A stretch of 64,000 nt of DNA from Candidatus Pacearchaeota archaeon (GTDB lineage: Archaea; Nanobdellota; Nanobdellia; Pacearchaeales; GW2011-AR1). The translations under genes and the position numbers were made by a program. The stretch lies in contig JAFCEE010000001.1 in assembly GCA_017609285.1 (NCBI GenBank), positions 18,475-82,474 of the forward strand, written 5' to 3'. Positions 54,145 through 63,585 of the stretch are shown one piece after another. Positions within the stretch are counted from its first letter, which is position 1, and each line of letters opens with the position of its first letter. The notes under the pieces were generated by a model. The model was not told the DNA's origin. It did not search any database and worked only from the letters and a program-made list of their open reading frames with translations.

Positions 54145-55854
54145 TTAAATATGTTGTCTTTCTACTTTTGGATGCTCGTGTCCTTCTTCTATTCTCTCTT
54201 TTAGGTTTTCTATTTGCTTTTGTTTTTCTTTTTCATAAAATTTTTTTCTTGTCTTAAATTTCTCTATTATTTTGGCTGTATATTGTCCGCCTAAAAAATG
54301 AGGCATAACTACATAATCAGCTCCTTCTTTGTAAAGTTTTAATGCATCAGAAATTTGATGTGCAGTTAATATAACAACCGATTTGTTATTTGTCTTCCTT
54401 ATCATATTTAGAATGAGAAGATTAATTTCAAAATCTGGAATAGTAGAAATGATAAGTTTTGCTTTATCTATTCTTAAGTCTTGTAAAAATTCTGTATCCT
54501 GCGCATCACCATATACACAAACTATTTTTTTAGCTTCAAGCTTTTTAACTGTTTCTGGATTGAAGTCAACTATTATATACCTCCTTTTTAGTTTTGTTAA
54601 GGTTTTAAGTAAGGAAAATCCAATTCTATTATACCCAAACAAGATAAATTCATAATCTTTCTTTTTCAACTCTCTCTCTTTTATCTTCTTTCTTTCAAAT
54701 ATGCTTAGTGGCTTAGAAAATAGAGGGAATATTTTGTTAGAATAAATCATAGCATAAGTTGAAAAAGCAATAGTAATGATGCCAGTTAATATTATTACAG
54801 GGGAAACTGATTTTGGTATTTGGCCAAGAGAAGATGCAAGAGCAATTAAAATAAATGAAAATTCTGAGATCTGACCTAAAGAAATTCCAGTAAAGAAGCT
54901 TGTTCTTTTTGTATAACCAGTAATTCCTAAAGAAGCCATTATAATTAAAAGTTTAAAGATAATGACAAAAGCAGAGAAAATTAAAGCAGGTTTTAAAATA
55001 GAAGGTATACTATCAAGAGGAAGGTTCATTCCCAATAAAACAAAAAATATGACTATGAAAAAATCTCTTAATGGCCTTATTTTAGATGCTATCTCTGCAT
55101 GGTATGGAGAAAGGGAAAGAGACATTCCAGCAAGTAAGGCGCCAATTTCCATGCTTTTAAAAAGATAAAAAAATGTTGAGGCGAGTAAAAAGCACCACCC
55201 TATTGAAAAAAGTAGGAGAAGCTCTTGATTTTTTGCCACAAATTTTGTTATGCTTGGCAAAACATAAACACTCAAAAATATAAGTGAGATTATAACAAGT
55301 GCAGCATAAAAAATAATGTTAGGGGATACACTCCAACTAAAACCTTTTGAAAAATAGGATAAGAAAAGTAAAAGGAAAATAACAACAATGTCTTGTAAAA
55401 TTAATATACCCACAGATATCTTACCATATAAAGTTTCTAAGTCAGATTTATCTGAAAGTATTTTTGTAATTATAATAGTAGAGGAAAAAGTTAAAGCAAA
55501 AGCTATGTATAATGAAGTGATGATAGGAAAATTAAGAAGTAAAGCGAGGAAAAAAGCAGCAAGGGCTGTGAAAACTATCTGTATGGTTCCTGCAACAATA
55601 GAGATAAACCCAACTTCTTTGATTACTTTAGGGTTTAGATGTAAACCAACTATAAATAAAAGGAAGGCAACTCCCATCTGTGAGAAAGTCTGCACTGTTT
55701 CATTTTCTGATACCAGGTGAAGAAAAAAAGGGCTTATCAAAATACCAGTTATTATATAAGCTATAATTGGAGGTTGTTTTAAAATTCTTGCAACAAAAGA
55801 TATAACAAGAACAGCTAAAATCAGCATACTTATTTGAATGAATATGCTTAACAT
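54145..55854 (-). CDS. monovalent cation:proton antiporter (CPA2/KefB-like) with C-terminal TrkA-N (RCK) domain
   Basis: 569 aa. About 12 TM, then a Rossmann GxGxxG-like segment (ILFGYNRIGFSLLKTL) and ...DAQDTEFLQDL. Confidence 0.75.
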   Translation of the reverse strand: MLSIFIQISMLILAVLVISFVARILKQPPIIAYIITGILISPFFLHLVSENETVQTFSQMGVAFLLFIVGLHLNPKVIKEVGFISIVAGTIQIVFTALAAFFLALLLNFPIITSLYIAFALTFSSTIIITKILSDKSDLETLYGKISVGILILQDIVVIFLLLFLSYFSKGFSWSVSPNIIFYAALVIISLIFLSVYVLPSITKFVAKNQELLLLFSIGWCFLLASTFFYLFKSMEIGALLAGMSLSLSPYHAEIASKIRPLRDFFIVIFFVLLGMNLPLDSIPSILKPALIFSAFVIIFKLLIIMASLGITGYTKRTSFFTGISLGQISEFSFILIALASSLGQIPKSVSPVIILTGIITIAFSTYAMIYSNKIFPLFSKPLSIFERKKIKERELKKKDYEFILFGYNRIGFSLLKTLTKLKRRYIIVDFNPETVKKLEAKKIVCVYGDAQDTEFLQDLRIDKAKLIISTIPDFEINLLILNMIRKTNNKSVVILTAHQISDALKLYKEGADYVVMPHFLGGQYTAKIIEKFKTRKKFYEKEKQKQIENLKERIEEGHEHPKVERQHI

Positions 55855-55889
55855 TTTGGTTTTCCTCTTTTTTTAACTTAGTCGTGTAA

Positions 55890-57356
55890 TTATTTAAATT
55901 TTATCGGTTTAACCCTTTTATAATATTTTACAGCTTCTTTTAATTCAATCTGACTTTCTGCATAAATTGTTAAGATAGTTTGGCCTTTTTTTACCTCTTC
56001 TCCTACATGTTTGTGCAAGTAGAGACCAGCTGCTTTGTCAAGAGGGCAGCCAGCAATTCTAGCAAGAGTATTAAGTTCTTGTATTTTTATCTCTTTGATT
56101 TTGGAATTTTTTGTAGCTTTGATGTCTTTTTTGTATTTTGCTTTTTTTATCTCCTTTACTTTACCTTTCTGGGCTTTAACAATTTCCCTGAATTTTTCCA
56201 AAGCTTTTCCAGAATCAAGGAGCTGTCTTGCTAACTTTAAACCTTGGCCTTTTTTTGCTTTTCCTGTTAACTCAAAAAGTTTTCCAGCAAGTTCTAAAGA
56301 CCTTTCTTCAAGTTTATGGCAACTGTCTTCTCTTTTCAAAACTTTAATCACATCTGAGATTTCAAGAGCTGGACCGATTCCGTTTCCTAAAGGTTCTTCT
56401 ACTTTTTTTAATGAACATGCTATTTTAATATTAAAGTGCTTGGCTAATTTTTTGAATTTTCTCTCCAGATTTTTAGCTTCTTTCTTATTTACTTTTGCAT
56501 TTTTTCCGTATGGTATGTCTATTAAAACATATTTTGCATTAACTGCCAGTTTTTTAGCTATTATACTGGCTAGGAGCTGGGCTTCAGGATCGAGATTTAA
56601 TAATTTCTCTACTCTTATTATCCTATCATCTGCAGGAGCTAAATTAAGAGAGCCGCCCCAAACTAAACATGCCCTTGTCTTTCTCAAAATTTTTTTTATT
56701 TCTGGAATTGTAAAATCAACTTTACATATTGTTTCCATTGCGTCTGCTGTTCCAGCAGGAGATGTGATAGCTCGAGAAGATGTTTTAGGTATTAATAAGC
56801 CAGCTGAAGAGCATATAGAAATAACTATTGGCGTTGTCCTTCCTGGAACTCCTCCTACACTGTGTTTATCAACTATTTTTCCTTTCAAATTCAGTCTTTT
56901 ACCAGTATCAACTATTGCTTTAGTCATATATGCTATCTCTTTCATTGACATGCCACATTTGTAAACTGCTGAAACAAAATATGCTATTTCTGCTTCTGTC
57001 AACGCATTTTTAACTACATCTCTTATTATTTCTTCAAACTCTTTTCTACTAAGCTTTTTACAGGAAAGTTTTTTTTGTATTAATTCTAAACTCTTTGGTC
57101 TTGTCGCGGGCTCTATATCAATTAGAATATCTTCTTTCAGCTTCATTGCTGTTGAAACTTCAGTTGAGACTACAATTTCATTTTGTTTTAGAAATCCTGT
57201 TGCTATGTCTACTACTGCCGCAATTCTTTTCCCTCTTCTTTCTATATAAACCCTATCATTTACATGGAGACTTGATTTTTCAGCAAATTTTTTGTGTAGT
57301 ATGACAACTGGTCTACCTGCTGATAATTTGAGAAGTTTAACTTTTAGTTTTGCCAT
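55890..57356 (-). CDS. deoA: AMP phosphorylase / thymidine phosphorylase family
   Basis: 488 aa. N-terminal extension typical of archaeal AMPpase, glycosyl-transferase family 3 core (HSVGGVPGRTTP...TSSRAITSPAGTAD), C-terminal alpha/beta domain. Confidence 0.75.
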   Translation of the reverse strand: MAKLKVKLLKLSAGRPVVILHKKFAEKSSLHVNDRVYIERRGKRIAAVVDIATGFLKQNEIVVSTEVSTAMKLKEDILIDIEPATRPKSLELIQKKLSCKKLSRKEFEEIIRDVVKNALTEAEIAYFVSAVYKCGMSMKEIAYMTKAIVDTGKRLNLKGKIVDKHSVGGVPGRTTPIVISICSSAGLLIPKTSSRAITSPAGTADAMETICKVDFTIPEIKKILRKTRACLVWGGSLNLAPADDRIIRVEKLLNLDPEAQLLASIIAKKLAVNAKYVLIDIPYGKNAKVNKKEAKNLERKFKKLAKHFNIKIACSLKKVEEPLGNGIGPALEISDVIKVLKREDSCHKLEERSLELAGKLFELTGKAKKGQGLKLARQLLDSGKALEKFREIVKAQKGKVKEIKKAKYKKDIKATKNSKIKEIKIQELNTLARIAGCPLDKAAGLYLHKHVGEEVKKGQTILTIYAESQIELKEAVKYYKRVKPIKFK

Positions 57357-57440
57357 TTTCCTCTTTTTTGTTTCTAATTTTCAAGATTAAAGGATTTTTA
57401 TATCTTATTATAACGCCCCATTATCTAAAATCTAAAAATT

Positions 57441-58466
57441 TTATGAGAATAAGCTAGGAAATTTGTTTTTTCTGTATGCATCTAAAATTAATAGTAAATA
57501 AGAAAGGATTAAAGGACCAATAATTAAACCAAGTATACCAAAAACTATCAAGCCACCAATCATTCCTATTAGAACTATAACAGTAGGAATTTCTGTTTTT
57601 TTAGATACAATATATGGCCTAACTATATTATCAACCCATGATACAAATAAAGCGCCATAAATGAAAAGACCAACTCCTAAAACAATTTTTCCTGAAATTA
57701 ATAAATAGATAGAAGAAGGAAGCCATATAACCCACGCACCTATCACTGGAATAATTGCCGCAAATATCGCAAGAACAGTAAGTAAAAGAGCATTGGGAAC
57801 TCTAAATATAAATAAACCAATACCAGTTAAAATTCCTTGTAATATGCCGACAACAATAAATCCATAGATAACGGCGTTGGTTATATCTTTAAATTTTTTG
57901 GCAAAATCTTTTTCTGTAGGTTTAGAAAAAGGCGAAAGAGTTTTTACATAGTCCCTAAAAAGTTCTGCATCTCTCATCCCAAAAAAGAAAACAAAAAAAA
58001 CAACAACTAGTTTTAATACAAAACTTGGCAGATTTAAAAGAAGAGTTGAAGCACCAGAAAGTATTTTGCTTACAATAGTGGTAACAAAATTATTGAAAGA
58101 GAGGGCAAAATCTTTTGAAAATTCTGTCTGGGCTAAAGAAGGGAAGATTTTTGTAAGGAAACCAAAAAGGTTTAGATTCTGAGCATAAAGATATATTTCA
58201 AATATCTGTTTAGCTACATAAGGCAACAAAAACCAGAGGGGCAAGAGAACAAAGAAAATAACAAGAAAGACTATAATTAAAGCAGAAATATTTTTTTCTT
58301 TAATAATATGAAAAACTTCTGTGTATACTGGATAAAAGATATAGGCTAAGATTAATCCAATTATTATAGCAGATAATATGGGCCAGAGTATAACAAAGGA
58401 TAGGACGGCTAAAATTCCTAGAGCAATGAAAATAGATAATTTTTTAAATGAAATAAAGTCTTTCAT
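57441..58466 (-). CDS. AI-2E family (PerM/UPF0118) transporter
   Basis: 341 aa, 8 TM with the characteristic topology. Confidence 0.65.
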   Translation of the reverse strand: MKDFISFKKLSIFIALGILAVLSFVILWPILSAIIIGLILAYIFYPVYTEVFHIIKEKNISALIIVFLVIFFVLLPLWFLLPYVAKQIFEIYLYAQNLNLFGFLTKIFPSLAQTEFSKDFALSFNNFVTTIVSKILSGASTLLLNLPSFVLKLVVVFFVFFFGMRDAELFRDYVKTLSPFSKPTEKDFAKKFKDITNAVIYGFIVVGILQGILTGIGLFIFRVPNALLLTVLAIFAAIIPVIGAWVIWLPSSIYLLISGKIVLGVGLFIYGALFVSWVDNIVRPYIVSKKTEIPTVIVLIGMIGGLIVFGILGLIIGPLILSYLLLILDAYRKNKFPSLFS

Positions 58467-58524
58467 ATCTTAAAATACAAAAATAGATTTATAAATCCTT
58501 CGAAATTTTAAAATAGAGAAGAAA

Positions 58525-59199
58525 ATGGAGTGTTTTATTAAAAAAATTTTTGAAAGCAGGGTAGATGAACAAGTACATAATAAATTTGTAAGGTTTGGAA
58601 AAGGTAGATATGAAAAAAGAGCTATTTTGTCTTTAAATAAAGGTGTTAAAGTTAAGGTTAAGGGAAGTTTTGAGTATGCTAATGATTTTGTTTTATTAAC
58701 AGCTTCTCTTTCTAATGTTAAGTTCTCTGGAATTATATTGAGTAAAGAACCCTTAAATTTGGAAAATGAGAAGAAAAAAGCAGGGGTATATAGTTATGAT
58801 ATTAAGAGTATAGAAAGTGAAAAAATAAAAGAGTTAAAAGATAAGATTTACTTTTTTTTATTAGATGTGGAAACTCCTGATTTGAAATTGAAAATTAAAA
58901 AAAGACTTCCTAAGCCAAGCAAAAGTGGTTCTGGAAAAATTAATGATAAATTCTGTCAGTTAGAAGCTAGCTTAAAATATTGGCCTAAAATCAAGGAGGC
59001 TTTTTTCTGGGATATTCCTGATTGTAAAAAAGCAAGAATAGAACATGAATATAAAATTAAGGAGTTGATTATGCCTTCAAAAGAAAAAATTGGGGATTTT
59101 GAATTGTTAAGGTTAAAAACAAAAAGAAAAGGGGAAATTATTAGAAAGGCAGAAGTGGATGGTAAGGAAGAAGTTAGGGAGAAGAATTTTGTTGCTTAA
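58525..59199 (+). CDS. hypothetical protein upstream of the r-protein operon
   Basis: 224 aa ORF, K-rich; no motif. Confidence 0.35.
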   Translation: MECFIKKIFESRVDEQVHNKFVRFGKGRYEKRAILSLNKGVKVKVKGSFEYANDFVLLTASLSNVKFSGIILSKEPLNLENEKKKAGVYSYDIKSIESEKIKELKDKIYFFLLDVETPDLKLKIKKRLPKPSKSGSGKINDKFCQLEASLKYWPKIKEAFFWDIPDCKKARIEHEYKIKELIMPSKEKIGDFELLRLKTKRKGEIIRKAEVDGKEEVREKNFVA

Positions 59200-59304
59200 T
59201 AAAAAGAAAAACCTTTAAAAACCTGTTTTTTCTTTGAATTTTACTCAGGGCATTGTAGAAAGTAAAATGGATAGTTTATTAAATTTTATATTGAGAGGTA
59301 GAAT

Positions 59305-60258
59305 ATGCCTAAACACAGTAAGCCACGTGCAGGAAGTTTGCAATTTTGGCCTCATAAAAAGGCTAGAAAGTTTTTGCCTAGTGTGAACTGGAAAGCTATA
59401 AAGTCTGATTCTTCCTTGCTTGGTTTTATAGCATATAAAGCTGGTATGTCTTCTTGTATTGTCAAGAATCTAACAGAAAATGCTTTAAATAAGGATAAAA
59501 GAATTCCTATTCCAGTTACAATATTGGAAGTTCCTCCAATGAAAATTTTTTCTGTCAGATTTTATAAAGAGGGCAAGGTTACAGAAGAAATTTTAGCTGA
59601 AAATCTTGAGAAAGAGTTGAAAAGGAAAGTCAAATTACCAAAAAAGAAAAAAACAAGTGAGAAGATTGATAATATTAAAGATTATGATGATGTTAGAATT
59701 ATAGTATATAGTTTAGTAAAAAAAACTGGTATAAAGAAGAAGCCTGACTTGGCGGAGGTGGCGTTAGGAGGAAATTTAGAAGAAAAAATTAAATTTATCA
59801 AAGAAAACTTAAATAAAGAGATTTCAGCTTCTGAAATTTTAAAAACTGATTTAGTTGATGTTAGAGGACTAACAAAAGGAAAGGGCATACAAGGACCAGT
59901 AAAAAGATTTGGTATTAAGCTGAAACAATATAAATCAGAAAAAGGAAGAAGAAGACCTGGAAGCATAGGACCTTGGCATCCAGCTCATGTTACTTTTAGA
60001 GTACCTATGGCCGGTCAGCTTGGCTTATTTTCTAGAATAAAGTATAATAATAAAGTTATAAGTATAGGAAAAGTTACAGAGGATGAGAAAATAAATCCAA
60101 AATCAGGATGGAAAAATTACGGCAAAATAAAAACTGAATATATAATTGTTGAAGGTTCTGTTCAAGGACCTGCAAAAAGACAACTTCTCCTTACATTACC
60201 CTTAAGGCCTACTAAAAAACAATTAAAGAAAAAATATGAATTTTTGAAGTTAAGATGA
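59305..60258 (+). CDS. rpl3: 50S ribosomal protein L3 (uL3)
   Basis: 317 aa. PRAGSLQFWPHKKA...GFIAYKAGMS. Confidence 0.9.
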   Translation: MPKHSKPRAGSLQFWPHKKARKFLPSVNWKAIKSDSSLLGFIAYKAGMSSCIVKNLTENALNKDKRIPIPVTILEVPPMKIFSVRFYKEGKVTEEILAENLEKELKRKVKLPKKKKTSEKIDNIKDYDDVRIIVYSLVKKTGIKKKPDLAEVALGGNLEEKIKFIKENLNKEISASEILKTDLVDVRGLTKGKGIQGPVKRFGIKLKQYKSEKGRRRPGSIGPWHPAHVTFRVPMAGQLGLFSRIKYNNKVISIGKVTEDEKINPKSGWKNYGKIKTEYIIVEGSVQGPAKRQLLLTLPLRPTKKQLKKKYEFLKLR

Positions 60259-61067
60259 AAGCTAAAGTTTTAGATAAAGAAGGAAAGGCAATTAAAGAGA
60301 TAGTTTTGCCTTCTTGCTTTTGTTCTAAAATTAGAGAGGATATTTGTCAGAGATATTTTCAGGCAATTAGAAAAATGCAGCCTTATGCTCCCAACATATT
60401 TGCAGGAAAACTTTATTCTGCTTCTGGTAAGATTAGGCATGGCAGAAGGTTATGGAAAACTTCTTATGGAAGAGGAATAAGCAGAGTTCCAAGAAAAATA
60501 TTTTGGAGAAGAGGTACGCAGTTTTATTGGTCTGGCTCTACTATATCTGGGACAAGAGGAGGAAGAAGAGCACATCCTCCTAAAATTGAACATTTTTTAA
60601 AGGAAAAAAAGATAAATAAAAAGGAAAAATTACTTGCTATTAGGTCTGCTATCTCCTCTACTTGTTTGTTAGAGTATTTAAGAAAAAGATATTTGAGTTT
60701 ATCTGATTTAAAGGAAAAAGAGATTTCTCTTCCTTTAATTGTTTCTTCTGATTTATTAAAATTAAAAACAAAAGAGTTTTTAGAAAGTTTGAAAAAAATT
60801 TTGGGAGGAGCTTTCTTAATTGCATTGAAAAAGAAAAGGAAAAGAGCAGGTAAAGGGAAAAGTAGAGGAAGAAAGTACAAAAAAAGTGCGGGTTTATTGT
60901 TAGTTATAGGAAAGGATGAAAATAAAAAAATTTCAGGAATAGACGTAAAGAAAGTGAATGAATTAGGAATTTCTGACTTTTATCCTCTAGGTAGGCTATG
61001 TATTTATACTGAAAAAGCAATTTCAGATTTAGAAAAATTATGGCAAAAGGAGAAAGAGAAAAAATGA
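60255..61067 (+). CDS. rpl4: 50S ribosomal protein L4 (uL4)
   Basis: 270 aa; uL4/L1e pattern (…YAPNIFAGKLYSASGKIRHGRR…). Confidence 0.85.
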   Translation: MKAKVLDKEGKAIKEIVLPSCFCSKIREDICQRYFQAIRKMQPYAPNIFAGKLYSASGKIRHGRRLWKTSYGRGISRVPRKIFWRRGTQFYWSGSTISGTRGGRRAHPPKIEHFLKEKKINKKEKLLAIRSAISSTCLLEYLRKRYLSLSDLKEKEISLPLIVSSDLLKLKTKEFLESLKKILGGAFLIALKKKRKRAGKGKSRGRKYKKSAGLLLVIGKDENKKISGIDVKKVNELGISDFYPLGRLCIYTEKAISDLEKLWQKEKEKK

Positions 61068-61669
61068 TAGTCTTGGATATTGAGACATCAGGTTTAGATA
61101 TAGGAAAAAACGGAATTTGGCAGATTGCTGCTTTGAATATGGAAACAGGAGAGGAATTTTGTGAGAAATGTAGAATAGATGGCGAAGATGAGATTATGGA
61201 AGAAGCTTTAGAGATATGTGGGAAAACAGAACAGGAATTAAAAGATAAAAGTAAGCAGACACAGAAACAATTGATTGAGAATTTTTTAAACTGGATTAGT
61301 AAGTTTGACGAGAGAATAATAGCTGGACACAATGTTGGTTGGGATATCTCATTTTTACAAAACAAATGTCTTAAATACGGTTTAAGAAAAAAATTTCATG
61401 AAGTAATAGGGCACAGAACTATCGATTTAGCTACTCTCGCCCAATTAAAATTTAGGGAGGAAAATGGAAAATTTAAAACTGAAAATGGAAAAAACAAAAT
61501 GGATCTAAAATCAGTTTTGGAATTTTGTGGTATGAAAGATGAAAGAAAACAGAGTGTTAATGGAAAAATTACAGAAGGGAAGTCCCATAACGCTTTAGAA
61601 GATGTAAAGTTAGAGGTGGAATGTTTTAAGAAATTATTAGGGAGGGAAAATGAAACCAATAGCTACTGA
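61064..61669 (+). CDS. DEDDh-type 3'-5' exonuclease (DnaQ/RNase T superfamily) embedded in the r-protein operon
   Basis: About 201 aa from the ATG that overlaps the rpl4 stop (ATGA). Exo I MIVLDIETSGLD, Exo II AGHNVGWDISFL, Exo III H...D (KSHNALEDVK). Confidence 0.65.
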   Translation: MIVLDIETSGLDIGKNGIWQIAALNMETGEEFCEKCRIDGEDEIMEEALEICGKTEQELKDKSKQTQKQLIENFLNWISKFDERIIAGHNVGWDISFLQNKCLKYGLRKKFHEVIGHRTIDLATLAQLKFREENGKFKTENGKNKMDLKSVLEFCGMKDERKQSVNGKITEGKSHNALEDVKLEVECFKKLLGRENETNSY

Positions 61670-61886
61670 AAAAATTGTTAAATTGATAGAATTAGAAAAT
61701 ACTTTGTTGTTTGAAGTAGATAGAAGATTAAGCAAAAAAGAAGTAAAAGAAAAGTTTGAGAAGATGTTTAATGTTAAAGTAGATAAAGTTAGAGTACTTA
61801 TTAGAAAAAATAAAAAGCTGGCTTATATTAAGTTAAACAAGAAAAATCCAGCTATTGATTTAGCTACTAAACTTGGTATGATGTAA
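61650..61886 (+). CDS. rpl23: 50S ribosomal protein L23 (uL23)
   Basis: 78 aa; overlaps the exonuclease end by 20 nt. Confidence 0.8.
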   Translation: MKPIATEKIVKLIELENTLLFEVDRRLSKKEVKEKFEKMFNVKVDKVRVLIRKNKKLAYIKLNKKNPAIDLATKLGMM

Positions 61887-61887
61887 A

Positions 61888-62598
61888 ATGGGAAAAAGGA
61901 TTATACAGCAGAGAAGAGGAAGAGGAACTCTTACATATAAAGTTAGAAGAAAAAGTTTTAGATATAAAGTTAAATATCCTTCAGAAGAAGGAAAAGCAAA
62001 AGTTATAAAGTTGATTAATTCAGCTGGCCATACAGCTCCTCTTGCTAAAATTTTGTTAGGGAAAGAGGTATTTTATAACCTAGCCTTTAATGGAATGATT
62101 GAAGGACAAGAAATAAATGTAGGGAAAGGAAAGGCAGAGAAGGGAAATGTACTTGCTTTAAAAGACATGCCCATAGGAACAGAGATTTATAATATAGAGG
62201 TTAAGCCAGGAGATGGAGGTAAATTAATCAGGGCAGGAGGAAATTCCGCGGTAGTTGTAAGGAAAGAAAAAGGGAAAGTAGTTGTTTTGTTGCCGAGTAA
62301 AAAAGAGAAAGAATTTGATGAAAAATGTAGGGCCACTATAGGAGTAATAGCTGGACACGGAAGATTAGAGAAGCCAATTGTAAAAGCTGGAAAAAAATAT
62401 TATTCAATGAAAGCTAAAGGAAAATTATGGCCTAGAACTTCGGCTGTCAAAATGAATGTTGTTGACCATCCTTTTGGCTCTGGAAGAGGAAAGACTGTAG
62501 GGCATGGAAAGAAAGGAAAGACACCAAAGAAAAATGCTCCTGCAGGAGCTAAAGTTGGAAGTCTAAAACCAAAAAGAACAGGAAGGAGGAAGAAGTAA
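61888..62598 (+). CDS. rpl2: 50S ribosomal protein L2 (uL2)
   Basis: 236 aa. ...HPFGSGRGKTVGHGKKG... Confidence 0.9.
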   Translation: MGKRIIQQRRGRGTLTYKVRRKSFRYKVKYPSEEGKAKVIKLINSAGHTAPLAKILLGKEVFYNLAFNGMIEGQEINVGKGKAEKGNVLALKDMPIGTEIYNIEVKPGDGGKLIRAGGNSAVVVRKEKGKVVVLLPSKKEKEFDEKCRATIGVIAGHGRLEKPIVKAGKKYYSMKAKGKLWPRTSAVKMNVVDHPFGSGRGKTVGHGKKGKTPKKNAPAGAKVGSLKPKRTGRRKK

Positions 62599-62599
62599 A

Positions 62600-62995
62600 A
62601 TGGTAGCTGAAAAAAAAGAATTTACTTATAGAGGAAAAACATTGGAGGAGTTAAAACAACTTGATATTAGAGAATTCTCTAAATATTTAAAAGCGAGAGA
62701 AAGGAGAAGTGTTTTAAGAAATTTTGATGTAATTGAAAGATTTGTCAAGAGATGCAAAAAAAACGAAGAAAAGGGAAAATCAATCAGAACTCATTTGAGA
62801 GATATAATTATTGTTCCAGAAATGATAGGTTTGACTATTCATGTTTATAATGGTAAAGAATTTGTTCCTGTTAAAATTACAGCTGAAATGTTAGGCCATA
62901 GACTGGGAGAATTTTCAACAACAAGGAAACAAATTAAGCATGGGGCTCCTGGTGTAGGGGCTACTAGAAGCTCAGCTGCATTATCAGTAAAGTAA
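62600..62995 (+). CDS. rps19: 30S ribosomal protein S19 (uS19)
   Basis: 131 aa. ...HLRDIIIVPEMIGLTIHVYNGKEFVPVKIT... Confidence 0.85.
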   Translation: MVAEKKEFTYRGKTLEELKQLDIREFSKYLKARERRSVLRNFDVIERFVKRCKKNEEKGKSIRTHLRDIIIVPEMIGLTIHVYNGKEFVPVKITAEMLGHRLGEFSTTRKQIKHGAPGVGATRSSAALSVK

Positions 62996-62996
62996 A

Positions 62997-63584
62997 ATGG
63001 AAAATATGCCAATAAGAAGAGAAGAAGCAATTTCTTTACTTAAAAGTATGTCACAAACAGAACAAGACATGAGACACTATCTTGAATCAGAAGCAATTAT
63101 GAAGGCTCTTGCTGAAAAATTAGGAGAGGATATTGAATACTGGGGTTTGCTTGGATTATTACATGATGTTGATTGGGCTTTAACAAAAAATAATGTTATG
63201 GAACATTGCATAAAAGCTGTAGAAATTTTAAAAGGAAAAGGTTTCAGCGACGAATTTATCAAGACAGTTCAGTCGCATGGTTATAACTATGAGGAGATAC
63301 CTGCTTTGAAAAATAAAGAGAGAAAAGAGAAAGTTGAACACGCATTAGCAAGCGCTGAAACTGTTACTGGATTAATTTATGCGTATGCTTTAATGAGAGG
63401 CAAAAAAATAAGTGACATGAAAGTTAAGGGTTTGAAAAAGAAGTTCAAAGATAAAAGTTTTGCAGCAAATTGTAATCGAGAGGTTATAAAAGAAATTGAA
63501 AAAGTTGGTTTAAGTTTAGATGAATTTTTTCAGTTGTCAATAGAAGCTATGAAAAAAATCAAGGAGGAAATTGGTTTAATTTAA
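62997..63584 (+). CDS. HD-domain (HDIG-type) phosphohydrolase embedded between rps19 and rpl22
   Basis: 195 aa. H...HD motif (LLGLLHDVDWA); second His cluster (VQSHGYN). Confidence 0.6.
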   Translation: MENMPIRREEAISLLKSMSQTEQDMRHYLESEAIMKALAEKLGEDIEYWGLLGLLHDVDWALTKNNVMEHCIKAVEILKGKGFSDEFIKTVQSHGYNYEEIPALKNKERKEKVEHALASAETVTGLIYAYALMRGKKISDMKVKGLKKKFKDKSFAANCNREVIKEIEKVGLSLDEFFQLSIEAMKKIKEEIGLI

Positions 63585-63585
63585 C

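Noticed and set aside
53981-54151. 56-aa ORF MRVILVVMKLKLPVSKDRVLVSYINNNWNNCLF... in the gene-free gap
   Set aside because: No motif, and the composition looks non-coding. The overlapping alternative frame with a PGF-CTERM-like tail suggests a decayed remnant rather than a live gene.
56035-56964. 309-aa plus-strand ORF antisense to the AMP phosphorylase gene
   Set aside because: Entirely nested antisense within a well-supported enzyme gene. Its translation is low-complexity F/S/L-rich with no motifs.
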